DNA of 64,000 nucleotides from Bacteroidota bacterium. GTDB lineage: Bacteria; Bacteroidota; Ignavibacteria; UBA10030; UBA8401. Of the stretch, positions 21,002 to 31,056 are shown in pieces. Within the stretch, counting starts at the first letter, position 1; every line of letters starts with the position of its first letter. The stretch is taken from assembly GCA_021796215.1 (NCBI GenBank), contig JAJYOK010000006.1, forward strand, positions 201-64,200. Reading direction: 5' to 3'. Made by a program: the position numbers and the translations under genes. Under the pieces are notes generated by a model that searched no databases, was not told the origin of the DNA, and worked only from the letters and a program-made list of their open reading frames with translations.

Positions 21002-24000
21002 GTGAGACGAGGAACATTTTTTTCTTTTCTGACAGCCGCTTTTTTCTCTTTAATAGTTACGCCGTGCGCGGCACAAATCTACCCGCAGCTTGAAAAAGCC
21101 GACTTGCAATGGCGGCTTGTCGGTCCGTTTCGGGCCGGGCGCGCGTTAGCCGCGGCAGGAATTCCCGGCAACCCGTACACTTTTTACTTCGGTTCAGTAG
21201 ACGGCGGCATGTGGAAAACTGTCAATGCGGGCATTACGTGGAAATCGCTGTCTGACGGTGCAAAAATGAATCCATCGGTCGGAGCGTTCGCAATTGCGCC
21301 ATCCGATCCTAAGATAATTTATGTCGGTACCGGCGAAGCCGACATGCGCTCAGATATTACATACGGAGACGGTGTTTATAAATCAACCGACGGCGGAACA
21401 AGCTGGCAGCATTGCGGACTTGAAGACACAAGGCACATTGGAATAATTTTGATTGACCCGCACGATCCAAACATCGTTCTAATTGCGGCACTCGGACACG
21501 CCTACGGACCGAATGAAGAACGCGGAGTATTCCGCTCGACCGATGGCGGCAAGAGTTGGAAAAAAGTGCTGTACAAAAATCCGGATATCGGTGCAATTGA
21601 TCTTGCCTGGGATGAAAGTGATCCGTTTGTTGTGTACACATCATTGTGGCAGGCGCGCCGCACGCCATGGAGCCAATATCCGCCGGAAGAAGGTTCCGGC
21701 AGCGGCTTGTACAAATCTACCGATGAAGGAATAACGTGGAGTGAAATTGTTTCATCCGGCTTGCCGGCAAAACCGTACGGACGAATCGGTGTGACGGTGG
21801 CGTCCGGTTCGCACGGAAAAATTATTTACGCACTGATTGAAGCGCAGAAAAAAGGATCTGGCTTGTATCGCTCTGACGACGGCGGACAAAGCTGGCATCT
21901 TGCCGGAAGCGATCCGCGCATTGTAAGCAGAATGTGGTACTTCGGGTGCGTCTTTGCTGATCCGAAAAATGCCGGCGTCGTTTATGTTCCGAATGTTGCT
22001 TTAATGAAAAGTGTTGATAGCGGAAAAACTTTTACCGTGATTAAAGGTGCGCCCGGCGGCGACGATTATCATTTTCTGTGGATTGATCCGACGAACGATA
22101 GCCGCATGATTGTTGCAACCGATCAGGGAACCGTCATCAGTGTTGATGGGGGTAAAACGTGGTCAAGTTGGTACAATCAGCCGACGGCACAATTTTATCA
22201 TGTGGCCACCGATAATAAATTTCCGTACCGAATTTACGGCGCGCAGCAGGATGCCGGCACCGTCTGCATCACAAGCCGGAGCGATTACGGTTCGATTACA
22301 TTCAGAGATTGGTATTCGCTTGGCACCGGCGAAAGCGGCTATCTCGCTCCCGATCCGCTGAACCCGGATATTGTGTACGGCGGCAGCACGTACGGCGGCG
22401 TTATCAGATTCGACCGCACAACAGGTCAAACGCAAAATATTTCCCCGTCGCCCCTTTCGGAATTCGGAACGCCTGCGCCGCAGCGGCGCTACCGCTTCAC
22501 ATGGACATCGCCGATTGTCTTCGATCCGCACGACGCTCATGCGCTTTATCTTGGTGCACAGGTTCTCCTCCGTTCCAGCGACGGCGGCATTCACTGGCAG
22601 GGAATCAGTCCCGATCTTACTCGGATTGATAAAAGCAAAAATACAAATTCTAAAGCTGGGCGTGGCGCTTCGCCCTACAATGCCGAAAACAATGAAGGTG
22701 ATTCTACTCATTCCGGTTGGGGTGTCATCTATACGATTGCGCCGTCGCCGATTCGATCAGGATTAATTTGGGTTGGAACGGACGATGGCAGCATTCATCT
22801 CACCAGCGACGGCGGCAAGCATTGGGAAAATGTTACGCCGAATGGTTTGCCAATGTGGAGTAAGATCGGAATAATTGAAGCGTCGCCGTTTGATGCCGGC
22901 GAAGCATACGCCGCAGTTGACCGCCACCGTGTGGATGATTTCAAACCGTATATTTATCGAACGCAGGATTACGGCAAACATTGGACACGCACAGACGATG
23001 GAATTGATTCTGATTCGTACGTAAATGTCGTACGTTCAGATCGGACAAGAAAAGGTTTGCTCTACGCCGGGACAGAAACCGGCGTGTATGTTTCATTCGA
23101 CAACGGAAACAACTGGCAGCCGCTTCAGTTCAATCTTCCGGTTTCATCGGTTCGCGATCTCGCGATTCATGATAACGATCTCATTGCGGCAACACACGGC
23201 AGAGCATTTTGGATTCTGGATGATCTCACACCGCTTCAACAAATAGACAAAGATGTATTGAATTCCGAAGCGCATCTTTTCACTCCCGAACGTGCAATCA
23301 GAATACGACGAAGTGAAAATTCGGATACACCGCTTCCGCCCGAAATTCCGCATGGAACAAATCCGCCAAGCGGCGCGATCCTCGATTATTATCTCCGTTC
23401 AACGCCGGGCGAGCCGGTTACACTCGAAATTTTTGACAACGCAGGAAATCTTGTCCGAAAATACTCAAGCGCCGATTCGCAGAACATTGATACGCAGAAA
23501 GTCCCCATCGCGGATTATTGGCTTCCGAAGTTCGAGGAGCTAAAAACAAGCGCCGGACTTCACCGCTTTGTGTGGGATCTTCATTATATGCCTCCACCGG
23601 TCAGCCATTACGGTTACAGCATGCACGTTGCCAATATTCAAAGCGTTCGCGAGCCGGAGGGACCGCTTGTTCTTCCGGGAAAATATGAAGTGAAGCTCAC
23701 GGTTGACGGACATTCGTATTCGTCGCCGCTTGAAGTTGAAATGGATCCGCGCGTGAAAATTTCGGACACGGTTTTGAGAAACCAGCTTTCTCTTGCAATG
23801 CATGTCTGGAATTCGATATCGGATGTCCATTCGTTATCTGCAATTCTGGATGAACTGAAGAGCCAATCCGACAAGCTTCAGCAAGAAACAAAATTGGATG
23901 CACAAACGCGTGCGCAGGTAACCGCCTTCAAGACAAAAATTATTAGTATTAAAGATTCGCTTGACGGCGGAGGTCTTTCCGGTTTGGAAGGAGACGTTAT

Positions 24001-24202
24001 GGGTGCAGACCGGGAACCGACTGCGCAGGTGATAGAAGCGTATGAAACATTGAAAACGAAAATTTCAGCCGCACAGCAGCGGTGGGAAAAATTAAAAGCG
24101 ACGGAGCTTGCTTCAATTAACCGTGCATTAAAAGAGCGCGGTGCCACGGAATTGAATGTGGAAACGGAAAAAGTGCAACATCTTACTCTGCCGGAGAAAT
24201 GA
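21002..24202 (+). CDS. large secreted BNR/Asp-box repeat protein (sortilin/Vps10- or GH74-like beta-propellers) with C-terminal coiled-coil
   Basis: GTG start with signal peptide. At least 10 S-x-D-x-G-x-(T/S)-W Asp-box repeats (STDGGTSWQH, RSTDGGKSWKK, RSDDGGQSWHL, SVDGGKTWSS, TSDGGKHWEN ...). C-terminal 150 aa predicted coiled-coil. Confidence 0.7.
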   Translation: MRRGTFFSFLTAAFFSLIVTPCAAQIYPQLEKADLQWRLVGPFRAGRALAAAGIPGNPYTFYFGSVDGGMWKTVNAGITWKSLSDGAKMNPSVGAFAIAPSDPKIIYVGTGEADMRSDITYGDGVYKSTDGGTSWQHCGLEDTRHIGIILIDPHDPNIVLIAALGHAYGPNEERGVFRSTDGGKSWKKVLYKNPDIGAIDLAWDESDPFVVYTSLWQARRTPWSQYPPEEGSGSGLYKSTDEGITWSEIVSSGLPAKPYGRIGVTVASGSHGKIIYALIEAQKKGSGLYRSDDGGQSWHLAGSDPRIVSRMWYFGCVFADPKNAGVVYVPNVALMKSVDSGKTFTVIKGAPGGDDYHFLWIDPTNDSRMIVATDQGTVISVDGGKTWSSWYNQPTAQFYHVATDNKFPYRIYGAQQDAGTVCITSRSDYGSITFRDWYSLGTGESGYLAPDPLNPDIVYGGSTYGGVIRFDRTTGQTQNISPSPLSEFGTPAPQRRYRFTWTSPIVFDPHDAHALYLGAQVLLRSSDGGIHWQGISPDLTRIDKSKNTNSKAGRGASPYNAENNEGDSTHSGWGVIYTIAPSPIRSGLIWVGTDDGSIHLTSDGGKHWENVTPNGLPMWSKIGIIEASPFDAGEAYAAVDRHRVDDFKPYIYRTQDYGKHWTRTDDGIDSDSYVNVVRSDRTRKGLLYAGTETGVYVSFDNGNNWQPLQFNLPVSSVRDLAIHDNDLIAATHGRAFWILDDLTPLQQIDKDVLNSEAHLFTPERAIRIRRSENSDTPLPPEIPHGTNPPSGAILDYYLRSTPGEPVTLEIFDNAGNLVRKYSSADSQNIDTQKVPIADYWLPKFEELKTSAGLHRFVWDLHYMPPPVSHYGYSMHVANIQSVREPEGPLVLPGKYEVKLTVDGHSYSSPLEVEMDPRVKISDTVLRNQLSLAMHVWNSISDVHSLSAILDELKSQSDKLQQETKLDAQTRAQVTAFKTKIISIKDSLDGGGLSGLEGDVMGADREPTAQVIEAYETLKTKISAAQQRWEKLKATELASINRALKERGATELNVETEKVQHLTLPEK

Positions 24203-24296
24203 AAAGTTTCGAAACTTGTGGTTCACGGTTTAAGGTTTCATTTTCCACGAAACACAAATCCCGAACATGAATCCTTAATCTTGCGTCCTGAACCGC

Positions 24297-25007
24297 TCAT
24301 TGGTTGCTAATCACCTTCAGCATTTGCTGCGCAACAAAACGATTTCCTTCATCTGTCAGATGAACGCGGTCGCGCGTGAGAATTCCCTTCTCGGCGTTTT
24401 GCGTGTTGTGCTGCTTCAAGTATTCGATGAACGCTTTCCGCAAGTCGCATAATTGAGAGCCGGTTTCTTTTGCCACGCGCCGGCTGATCGCCGAATATTC
24501 TTCGAGCATCGAATCCTGCGGATTGGTTCCATCGTATTTTTCTCCGATGACGCTCGGCGTGCAAAGAACGACGCGTGCGCCGGCGTTCTGAATTTTTCCG
24601 ATGATATCTTTTAAATCGGCTTCAAACAAATCCTTCGGCGTCCCCTTCAGTCCGGGAAGCGCGTAATGCCACACGTCGTTAATGCCAATATAAATGACAA
24701 CGAGTGTCGGTTTCTTCGAAAGCACATCACGGTCCAGCCGGTTTTCCAGATCGGTCACTTTGTTTCCGCTGATGCCTGCGCCGATCACTTCCGGCGCGTC
24801 CTGTCCATATTTTTTCTGCAGCGAATCCCGAATCAATGTAACAAAGCCATTTGGCTTTACGCCAAGCTCGGTGATGGAGTCGCCGAAGAAAATAATTCTG
24901 TCGCTGCCGGAGAGCATCGCTTTTTCAGCGGCACATCCCGCCAAAAAAACAGCGGACAAGCCCGCAAGCAGAAGCGTTGTGATTAAAAGAGTTGATAAAA
25001 ATTTCAT
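24297..25007 (-). CDS. SGNH/GDSL-family hydrolase (lipase/esterase), lipoprotein-like
   Basis: Signal peptide with LAGC. Block I RIIFFGDSITE, block III GINDVWH, block V DRVHLTDEGN. Confidence 0.75.
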   Translation of the reverse strand: MKFLSTLLITTLLLAGLSAVFLAGCAAEKAMLSGSDRIIFFGDSITELGVKPNGFVTLIRDSLQKKYGQDAPEVIGAGISGNKVTDLENRLDRDVLSKKPTLVVIYIGINDVWHYALPGLKGTPKDLFEADLKDIIGKIQNAGARVVLCTPSVIGEKYDGTNPQDSMLEEYSAISRRVAKETGSQLCDLRKAFIEYLKQHNTQNAEKGILTRDRVHLTDEGNRFVAQQMLKVISNQ

Positions 25008-25097
25008 AGTGTCACCTTGTGTTTCATCTCTTCATAAAGAAATTCGTTATCTTACTGTATGATAAGAAAGCAAGCGGGAAAAACAAAAGCAAATTCC

Positions 25098-25448
25098 ATG
25101 TCGTTTGCGGAGACGGCTGCAATTTCCAACTATCATCGCATCTGGCAGACCGTTCTGTTGATTCCGAAAGGAAGGGTTGCGACGTACGGGCAAATCGCGG
25201 AGATGAGCGGACTTTCACGTCAACCGCGGCTTGTTGGCTACGCGCTGCACAATATTCCGAGCGGAATGGAAATTCCGTGGCACCGCGTTATTAATGCGCA
25301 GGGGAAAATTTCTTTGCCGAATAAAAACGGACGCCGCCAGCGAAAACTCCTTGAGAAGGAAGGCGTGAAGTTTTCAAATAACCGCATTGATCTTGAGCAG
25401 TATGGATGGTTGAATTCTTCAAGCAGAAGAAAGAAAACCGCTTCTTGA
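25098..25448 (+). CDS. MGMT-family DNA-binding protein (alkyltransferase-like, Atl/YbaZ type)
   Basis: YHRIWQTVLLIPKGRVATYGQIAEMSG...PWHRVINAQGKIS is characteristic of the MGMT C-terminal DNA-binding domain but lacks the PCHRV Cys acceptor (HRV only). Start taken at internal ATG 25098. Confidence 0.6.
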   Translation: MSFAETAAISNYHRIWQTVLLIPKGRVATYGQIAEMSGLSRQPRLVGYALHNIPSGMEIPWHRVINAQGKISLPNKNGRRQRKLLEKEGVKFSNNRIDLEQYGWLNSSSRRKKTAS

Positions 25449-25515
25449 TTCTTACACCAACTTTCAGCTAATTACATTCACATTATTTTTTCACCATTAT
25501 TTTTAATCAAAATTC

Positions 25516-26523
25516 ATGGCACAGATATCTGCGACAAAGATTGGGAACGACGTCGAAGCGGTAACGGAACTCACTGCCTCGTTCGCGGCAATCAGACAAG
25601 AAATTGGAAAAGTTATCATCGGGCAGGAAAATGTAATTGAGCAATTGCTTGTCTCGCTTCTTTCGCGCGGACATTGTCTGCTCATCGGCGTACCGGGTTT
25701 GGCGAAAACGCTTCTCATTAAAACGTTGTCTGATGTTCTCGATTTGAAATTCAATCGCATTCAATTCACGCCGGATTTGATGCCGAGCGATATCAGCGGC
25801 ACAGAAATTATTGAAGAAAATGTTTCTACCGGCGCAAAGGCGTTCAAGTTTGTCAAAGGCCCGATCTTCGCCAACATCGTTCTCGCGGATGAAATTAACC
25901 GCACGCCGCCGAAAACACAAGCCGCTCTTCTTGAAGCAATGCAGGAACATAAAGTGACGGCGGCGGGACAAACGTACACGCTTGAAGAACCGTTCTTCGT
26001 TCTTGCCACACAAAATCCGATTGAGCAGGAAGGAACATATCCGCTGCCCGAAGCGCAGCTTGACCGTTTCATGTTCAATCTCTGGCTCGACTATCCGCGC
26101 TTCGATGAAGAAATGCTGATCGTGAAATCAACAACAAGTCCGTACGCGCCGCAGCTGAAGCACATTCTCGGCGCCGCTGATATTGTGCGTTTTCAGGATT
26201 TGATCCGCCGCGTGCCCGTTGCGGATTCGGTGATTCAGTACGCGGTGAAACTCGTGGCGCGCACGCGCCCGAAAGACGCGCAGGCGCCGCAGTTTATCAA
26301 AGATTGGTTGACGTGGGGCGCAGGACCGAGAGCGTCGCAGTATTTAATCCTTGGGGCGAAAACGCGAGCCGTGCTTGCGGGGCGTTTCAACCCTGATGTT
26401 GATGACGTGCGGGCAATTGCAATTCCGGTACTGCGGCATCGGATCATTCCGAACTTCAATGCTGAAGCGGACGGCGTAACGCCGATTGCCATTGTCGAAA
26501 AATTGCTGGCAAACGAGCAATGA
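25516..26523 (+). CDS. MoxR-family AAA+ ATPase
   Basis: Walker A LLIGVPGLAKT, Walker B IVLADEINRTPPKTQAALLEAMQE, sensor motifs. Typical MoxR length of 335 aa. Confidence 0.85.
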   Translation: MAQISATKIGNDVEAVTELTASFAAIRQEIGKVIIGQENVIEQLLVSLLSRGHCLLIGVPGLAKTLLIKTLSDVLDLKFNRIQFTPDLMPSDISGTEIIEENVSTGAKAFKFVKGPIFANIVLADEINRTPPKTQAALLEAMQEHKVTAAGQTYTLEEPFFVLATQNPIEQEGTYPLPEAQLDRFMFNLWLDYPRFDEEMLIVKSTTSPYAPQLKHILGAADIVRFQDLIRRVPVADSVIQYAVKLVARTRPKDAQAPQFIKDWLTWGAGPRASQYLILGAKTRAVLAGRFNPDVDDVRAIAIPVLRHRIIPNFNAEADGVTPIAIVEKLLANEQ

Positions 26524-26550
26524 TTCCAGCGATTTCGTTGTTGTGACAGC

Positions 26551-28650
26551 ATGCCGAACCTCAGATTGAAAATTTCGTTAGGAAAAAGTCTTCTCACCAT
26601 TTTTGCGCTAACGTGCATTTCCATCTCCGCCGGATTTTCTCAAACGTCCGAACGCTATTGGATTTATTTCCGTGATAAAGGTGTGGAAGCGCATCAATTA
26701 CTTTCGAAGTCGGGAGACATTAAATCGCTGGCACAATCATTAGGAATTTCTTCCCGCGCGTTGCAGCGGCGCGCAAAAGTCCTTCCGCACGATCGGTTGA
26801 TTGATGAATCCGATCTTCCGGTTTCTGAAAAATACATCCGACAGATTCAAGCTGCCGGCGCAAAGATTCATGTTGTCTCGCGCTGGTTGAATGCAGTATC
26901 GGTGGAAATTCAGCCGAAACAAATTCAAGCGGCTTCATCGTTTCCTTTTGTGGCTCGTATCGCGCCGGTGCGTGCTCTTGTTTCTCCCGGACCGGAGCCG
27001 TCCTCGGCGCCGCTTGTTCCGTTGCTCCAAAAATCTGAACACAAAACCGATCTTGATTACGGTGCGTCATACACACAGCTCGCAACCGAGCATATTACTG
27101 ATTTGCATGCCCTTGGAATTATCGGAACAGGTGTAATCGTCGGAATTATTGACGACGGTTTCAATAATCATCGCACACATGTTGCGTTGAGAAATATTCA
27201 TGTTCTTGACGAATACGATTTCATTCACAATATTACCGATACACAACACCAGCCGTGGGAAGATCCGAATCAGGGAAATCACGGAGCGGGTGTGTTGTCA
27301 TCCATTGCAGGATTTGATCAAGGAAATTTGATCGGCGGTGCGTACGGCGTTTCTGTTATTTTGGCGAAGACGGAAATGGACAGCAGCGGCAGCGCTGACT
27401 TCGGCAGCGAAGAAGATACGTACGTTGCCGGATTGGAATGGGAAGAGCGTCTCGGTGCGGACATCGCATCGTCGTCGCTTGCTTACAAGGAATTTGATCC
27501 ACCGGACACAAACTATCCGTATTCTTCATTAAACGGTCACACCACAGTTGTTGCGAAAGCCGCTTCAATGGCGGCACAGAAAGGCGTGCTGCTCTGCACT
27601 GCAATGGGAAACGAAGGCTATCAATATAACGACAGCGCTACGGGAATGATTGTTCACGCGTTAGGAACACTATGGTCTCCTGCTGATGCGGACAGTATTC
27701 TTGCCGTTGGTGCAACACTTTCCGACGGCGAACTTACAAGTTTCAGCAGCACCGGACCTTCTGCAGACGGACGCATCAAGCCGGATGTTGTTGCGCAAGG
27801 CACTGCCGTGTATTGGGCGAACGGTGCAACAACGAGCGGCTACAGTTTTGAACAAGGCACATCTTGCTCAACGCCGATTGCTGCGTGTGCGGCGGCGCTT
27901 GTTCTTTCTGCACATCTGCAGTTGACACCGATGCAAGTGCGCCAGGCAATTTTGCAAACTGCAGCTCATTACGATGACGGCACCTCGCAAACCGCGGTCT
28001 ATCCGAATAATCTTTACGGCTACGGATTTGTAAATGCGTACAGTGCGGCATTGTATGATGGTCCCGTGTTCAGCAATACGCCCGTTGTCGCGACAGATGC
28101 GCTTCAAGTTACTGTTACAACTTCAATCAAATCGAACGTTGGGCTTGTCGCAGATTCGTTGTTGTTGTATTTCAAAAAGCCGGAGGATGTATCGTTCCAA
28201 GCCGCGCACTTTCATTATGACTCAGCTTCAGATAGATATTCGGCAATTCTTCCCGCCAGCATTGTTGACTCGACAACGCTCTGCTATTTTTTTGTTCGGG
28301 ATTCAGCAGGTAGAACACAGACACAACCGTACAATGCCCCAGACAGTCTTTTTGCGCTGTTCAGTTCACCGCCCGCATCGGCGCCGACTGTACTTTCGCT
28401 TCAGAATTTTCCTAATCCGTTCAACCGGGCAACGCAGTTTGTGTACGCTTTTCCCGTTGCGTCGCATGTCAAGTTGGAGATTTTTGATGTTCTCGGAAGA
28501 AAAATTGCAACAGTGGTTAATGAAGATAAATTGCCCGGCTATTACACGACACCACCATTCAGTGCCGCTTCGCTTGCAAGCGGAGTCTATTTGTATCGTT
28601 TAACAGCAGACGGGGCATATGTAGTGAAAAAAATGATGGTTATTAAGTAG
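26551..28650 (+). CDS. S8-family subtilisin-like peptidase with T9SS C-terminal sorting domain
   Basis: Signal peptide. Asp (IIDDGF), His (HGAGV) and Ser (GTSCSTP) catalytic-triad motifs. Last about 85 aa (LQNFPNPFNRATQF...GVYLYRL...) is a T9SS/Por CTD. Confidence 0.8.
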   Translation: MPNLRLKISLGKSLLTIFALTCISISAGFSQTSERYWIYFRDKGVEAHQLLSKSGDIKSLAQSLGISSRALQRRAKVLPHDRLIDESDLPVSEKYIRQIQAAGAKIHVVSRWLNAVSVEIQPKQIQAASSFPFVARIAPVRALVSPGPEPSSAPLVPLLQKSEHKTDLDYGASYTQLATEHITDLHALGIIGTGVIVGIIDDGFNNHRTHVALRNIHVLDEYDFIHNITDTQHQPWEDPNQGNHGAGVLSSIAGFDQGNLIGGAYGVSVILAKTEMDSSGSADFGSEEDTYVAGLEWEERLGADIASSSLAYKEFDPPDTNYPYSSLNGHTTVVAKAASMAAQKGVLLCTAMGNEGYQYNDSATGMIVHALGTLWSPADADSILAVGATLSDGELTSFSSTGPSADGRIKPDVVAQGTAVYWANGATTSGYSFEQGTSCSTPIAACAAALVLSAHLQLTPMQVRQAILQTAAHYDDGTSQTAVYPNNLYGYGFVNAYSAALYDGPVFSNTPVVATDALQVTVTTSIKSNVGLVADSLLLYFKKPEDVSFQAAHFHYDSASDRYSAILPASIVDSTTLCYFFVRDSAGRTQTQPYNAPDSLFALFSSPPASAPTVLSLQNFPNPFNRATQFVYAFPVASHVKLEIFDVLGRKIATVVNEDKLPGYYTTPPFSAASLASGVYLYRLTADGAYVVKKMMVIK

Positions 28651-28676
28651 AGAACAATTGCCAATTGACATGATGG

Positions 28677-30950
28677 TTGTCCAAAGGTAATGTTCATTGT
28701 GTATTGATAATTGTAATAATGTCTCTCTCGCTTCACATTCCGTGGTATTTTTTTATTCTTGCGGCAATTATTTTTGCCGCGCTGACGATTTTTGTTTATC
28801 GGTACACCGTTCCACCTGTTTCTTCAGGCAGGCGAACATTGCTCACCGTGTTGCGCAGCCTTGCTCTTATTTTACTTCTCTTTGCGGTTATTGAGCCGCT
28901 GCTTCGCTATTCATATTCATCCAATGTTCCGCCGACCGTGGCTGTGCTTGTAGATAATTCGCTCAGCATGACGCTCACCGACGCGGCAGGAAATCGTGAG
29001 GCAAAGCTGCACAAACTTCTTGCCGATCCTGCTCTGAAAAATCTTTCTGAACATGCAGATGTTCGATACTTCACTTTTTCTCCTGCGTTTCATCCGTTGA
29101 GCGCAATCTCGCGCGACTCTTTGCATCTTACCGGCGCAACAACCGACATTGCCTCGGCACTCGGACAATTGCGCGAACAAGCGCTTCCGCATCTTCAGGC
29201 AATTATGCTCCTTTCCGACGGTGATTACAACGACGGTGCAAATCCGTTATATGAAGCGAAACGCCTGTCCGTGCCGTTATTTACAATCGGCATTGGCGAT
29301 TCGTCGGAACAGAAAGATGTCGCAGTTGAAAAAGTTCTGACAAATTCTATTGCTTATGTTCAGTCATCCGTTCCGGTGGATGCGACGATACGTGTTTCCG
29401 GTTTCAGCGGCGCGCGCACGACAGCATCGTTGTTAGAAGACGGAAAACAAATTGCTCAGCAGGTTCTCTCTTTCGGAAATTCAACCGGCGGCTCAACTGC
29501 TGTCGGGGAATACCCTGTCCATTTTTCCTTTACACCGACAACTGCGGGTGTAAAAAAATATACTGTGCGGGTTACGCCGCTGCCCGGAGAAGTAACGGAG
29601 AAAAACAATGCGCGTTCATTTCTTGTCAAAGTATTAAAGAATAAAATGCAGGTTGCCGTTGTTGCGGAGGCTCCAAGCGCCGATGCTGCTGCCGTGATGC
29701 AGGAGCTTCACGCCGATCCGAATATTGAATCGCAACTGTTCCTTCAACAGGTAAGCGGGCAGATTCGCAATCTGACATCTTCAAAAGATTTCACCTCCGT
29801 TCTTTCTTCAACTGAATGTGTGATTCTCATCGGAATGCCGGGCCGCGCTACGACCACAGAAACGCTTCGTGAAATCCGCAACGCTGTAATATCGCGCTCG
29901 CTGCCGGTCTTCTTTCTTTCCAGCCGAACGATTGATGTGCAAAAGCTGAGCCAATGGGAATCATTCATGCCGTTTCATGTCAATCAAAACGCCCCGGCAC
30001 TATCACGGCAGCCCCAAGGGGGTTTTCAAGACGAGCAGCAGGTGTTTCCCGCAATTCCGCCGCAGATGCAATCGCATGTGCTGGTGCAATCAGGAAATGG
30101 AAACGGTGAATCTGATGCGTGGAGCAAACTGCCGCCGATTTTTTCTTCATACGGAACATTCATTGTGAAACCCGAAGCGCTTGTTCTTGCAACGATGAAA
30201 ATTCAGGGCGTAACGTTGAGCAATCCGCTGATCGCGGCGCGTAATGCTGCGCAGATGAAATCGTTCGCCGTGCTCGGCTACGGTATCTGGCGATGGAAGC
30301 TGCTTGCCGGAGCGAGCCCGGAAACAGAAAAATTTTTCGACGACTGGTTTCCCGCAGTTGTCCGCTGGCTGGTGACGCGTGAAGACAACAAACGCGTGCA
30401 GGTTGTTCCGTCGAAAGAAATTTTTTCGCAGGGAGAGCTGATTGATTTTCTCGGTCAAGTGTATAATGAAAGTTATCAACCGATTGAAAATGCGGACATT
30501 CGTGTCACCGTGAAATCCAGAACAGCGCAAGGACAATACGAAACGGCGATGCATTCACTCGGCGGCGGGCGGTACGAAGGCGAAATAGAAATGCTGCCGG
30601 AAGGAGAATATTCGTACACCGCAGCGGCGTTTGGAAGCGGCGCGGAAATTGGAAAAGACGAAGGGAGATTTTCAGTCGGTGGATCCGCCGAAGGCGGACT
30701 CGAGTTTTCCGACACGAAGATGAACAAGCCGCTTTTAAAGCAAATGGCGGCGGCGTCCGGCGGCGCGTACGCCGATGCATCGCAGTTCGATCGGCTTGTA
30801 CGGGAAATACAATCGCGTCCTTCCATGAAACCCGAAAGGCAAACGACGAGCAGCGAGTTTGAATTGTGGAATAAGCCATGGCTGTTGTCGCTGATCGTTC
30901 TTCTTTTCGGCATCGAATGGTTTGTGAGAAAACGAAGCGGGATGCTGTAA
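28677..30950 (+). CDS. BatA-like membrane protein: N-terminal double-TM anchor plus vWA domain, large C-terminal region
   Basis: Two N-terminal TM helices (possible internal start MSLSLHIPWYFF at 28719), then a vWA MIDAS-like VAVLVDNSLSM. Typical partner of MoxR ATPases (Bacteroides aerotolerance Bat-type). A second TM lies near the C-terminus. Confidence 0.6.
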   Translation: MSKGNVHCVLIIVIMSLSLHIPWYFFILAAIIFAALTIFVYRYTVPPVSSGRRTLLTVLRSLALILLLFAVIEPLLRYSYSSNVPPTVAVLVDNSLSMTLTDAAGNREAKLHKLLADPALKNLSEHADVRYFTFSPAFHPLSAISRDSLHLTGATTDIASALGQLREQALPHLQAIMLLSDGDYNDGANPLYEAKRLSVPLFTIGIGDSSEQKDVAVEKVLTNSIAYVQSSVPVDATIRVSGFSGARTTASLLEDGKQIAQQVLSFGNSTGGSTAVGEYPVHFSFTPTTAGVKKYTVRVTPLPGEVTEKNNARSFLVKVLKNKMQVAVVAEAPSADAAAVMQELHADPNIESQLFLQQVSGQIRNLTSSKDFTSVLSSTECVILIGMPGRATTTETLREIRNAVISRSLPVFFLSSRTIDVQKLSQWESFMPFHVNQNAPALSRQPQGGFQDEQQVFPAIPPQMQSHVLVQSGNGNGESDAWSKLPPIFSSYGTFIVKPEALVLATMKIQGVTLSNPLIAARNAAQMKSFAVLGYGIWRWKLLAGASPETEKFFDDWFPAVVRWLVTREDNKRVQVVPSKEIFSQGELIDFLGQVYNESYQPIENADIRVTVKSRTAQGQYETAMHSLGGGRYEGEIEMLPEGEYSYTAAAFGSGAEIGKDEGRFSVGGSAEGGLEFSDTKMNKPLLKQMAAASGGAYADASQFDRLVREIQSRPSMKPERQTTSSEFELWNKPWLLSLIVLLFGIEWFVRKRSGML

Positions 30951-31056
30951 ATTTATTAGGAGCTGTGTTTTTTTCACCCCGCGTTTGCACTTAAGTTTTG
31001 CGCTCCGTACTTTTGAAAAGAAAGTTATTTACCGTTATAAGTATGAGGAGGTTGCC

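Noticed and set aside
22163-22711. 182-aa minus-strand ORF inside the BNR-repeat gene
   Set aside because: Antisense to a gene with repeated Asp-box motifs. No features of its own.
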